Shown in pieces: positions 62,182-64,000 of a DNA stretch of 64,000 bases (its first letter is position 1; every line of letters begins with the position of its first letter). The stretch spans positions 352,001 through 416,000 of the forward strand of contig CAVPOM010000007.1 of assembly GCA_963707025.1 (NCBI GenBank), read 5' to 3'. This DNA comes from an uncultured Verrucomicrobiae bacterium. Its GTDB lineage: Bacteria > Verrucomicrobiota > Verrucomicrobiia > Limisphaerales > Palsa-1400. A program made the position numbers and the translations under genes. The notes beneath the pieces were generated by a model. It made no database searches. It was not told where the DNA came from and worked only from the letters and a program-made list of their open reading frames with translations.

Positions 62182-64000
62182 GTTGCGCCAGTGAAGTTGG
62201 TTGGAACGCGGGTGAAAGTCCCGCCCGTCGAATTAGGCTGTTCACGACGGAACACGACCTCAACAGCGCCGCCGCGAGGCGGGGTTGGAAGCTGAGGGAG
62301 ATGAACAGACGGGCCGTAATGAAAATGAACCACATCCAATGAGCCTCGATAAGTTTAGAACCGGAGACAAGCCGAGCCGCTGTTTGACCGGCGAAGGCCG
62401 CAGGGAGGAGGCAGGGCAACAGTCAGAGCCTTCTCAACGCTCCGGCGGGGTCGGCGTGGACGGCACGTCTGGAAGTTCAACCAAGGTAAGCTGGGAGAAC
62501 TCCGGCGGCGGGCGGCCAGCCCAACCGCCCGCGCAAGCTGGCAAGACCAGTCAGGCGAGCGGCCCTGCCGGAGAAGTCGGAGTTCCTCATAGTAGCGTGG
62601 ACTTGTTTGCGCTCCAGGCGGATTTCCGCCGGGAGTTGCGCGAGCGAACGCAAAGGGGGAACACTTGCTCAATGCGTGGAGGCGAAGCGAAGGATGCGGG
62701 GATGGCCGGGGCGACCCGGATAGCAACCCCGGAGAAAGTTCGGCAGCTTCAAATCGCGCTCTATCGGAAAGCCAAAGCAGAGCCGAAGTATCGGTTCTGG
62801 AGCCTGTATGGGGAATTGCTGCGCAAGGACGTGCTCGAAACCGCCTTGGCAGCGCAACAGCGCAACGGCGGGGCCGCGGGAGTGGACGGACAGAGTATGG
62901 AGTCCATCACCGCCGACCCGGCCCTGCGCCAGCAATGGCTCGACCGCCTGCAAGCAGAACTCAAAGCCAAGACGTATCGGGCCAGCCCGGTGCGGCGGGT
63001 GATGATTCCCAAGAGCAGCGGAGGGGAACGGCCGTTGGGCATCCCGACGGTCAAGGACCGGGTGGTGCAAACGGCGGTGTATCTGGTGCTGATGCCGATC
63101 TTGGAGGCGGACTTTCATCCGCGCTCCTACGGCTTTCGGCCCAAACGCCGGGCACACCAAGCCATTGCGGAAATCCAACAAGCAGTGCAGCAAGGCTACG
63201 TGGAAATCATCAACGCGGACCTGACGAAATATTTCGACACGATTCCGCACCGGGAACTGATGAAGGCCGTGGCCCGGCGGGTCAGCGACGGCAGCGTGCT
63301 GCGGCTCCTCAAGAGCTGGCTGCGCGCCCCGGTCGCGGAGGAAGACCAGGACGGCACCAAGCGAGTGATCCCCAACCGGCGCGGCACGCCGCAAGGCGGG
63401 GTCATCTCGCCGCTGCTGGCCAACCTCTACCTCAACCCGCTGGATCACGGGGTGAACGAGAAAACCTCCGGCCAAGCCCGCATGGTGCGCTACGCCGATG
63501 ACTTTGTCATCGCGTGCGCGGCGGGGTGCGGCGGAGGGCTGATAGCGCGGCTCAAGAAATGGCTTCGAGCCAAAGGGCTGACCCTCAACGAAGTCAAAAC
63601 CCGAATTGTGAACATTCGCAAGGAAGGGATCAACTTCCTGGGCTTCAACCTGACCTGGCGCAAGTCCTTTGGAGGGCGCGGCTACCTGCACGTTCAACCC
63701 AGCCAGAAAAGCCGGGGGCCCTGCGCGAGAAACTGGGCGGCATCCTCAACCACTGGACGCAGGGGCGTCCGATACAGGAGGTGGTCAAAGAGGTCAACCA
63801 AGTCTTGCGCGGATGGGCGGGCTACTTCCACTACGGCAACAGCGTCTCGGTGATGAACCGGATGAAACACTACAGCCAAAACCGCTTTCGGCGCTGGCTG
63901 TGGCGCAAACACGGTTGCCGCCGCAGCCTGTGGGAACACTACGTTCCCGAGCAGTTGCACCAGCGTTATGGACTCTATGAACTGCCGACCACGGCGAAGT
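62182..64000 (+). mobile_element. Group II intron, copy 2 (runs off the window)
   Basis: Appears identical to 25017 onward at offset +37165; ORF translations match. Confidence 0.92.
62702..64000 (+). CDS. ltrA: Group II intron RT/maturase, copy 2, same frameshift (63714-63718)
   Basis: Same translation as copy 1. Confidence 0.92.

Overview
High-GC bacterial chromosome segment. The gene content (prepilin/H-X9-DG protein, many glycoside hydrolases, LamG and VCBS proteins) suggests a Verrucomicrobia/PVC-like organism; this is inference. Core or metabolic genes: an EF-G paralogue, GH28/GH106/GH35/GH26, purine nucleoside phosphorylase, ribBA-ribH, an acyl-CoA dehydrogenase/ETF-QO/ETF operon, lpxA-recA, a SNF2 helicase and a probable 6S RNA. 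Small accessory cassettes sit between them: about six toxin-antitoxin-type pairs (four with a broken toxin or partner), a single-chain type IIG/ISP-like R-M enzyme, ORF6N and NucS-like genes. Mobile DNA: two apparently identical group II introns inserted in a CAGGTCAAAC tandem repeat, and an IS4 element nested in a REP doublet nested in a 183-bp MITE. The most unusual signal is in the ETF operon. Accessory cassettes there are bracketed by diverged relic copies of the ETF-QO gene's own 5' and 3' ends, and three variant copies of the palindrome encoding the ORF6N 'LxxQIATSK' motif lie just upstream of the ORF6N gene. A sigma-54 mini-regulon with matching UAS pairs flanks a Cys-rich GAF activator. 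Many single-base frameshifts, often in homopolymers, suggest long-read indel errors, so frameshift-based pseudogene calls need caution.
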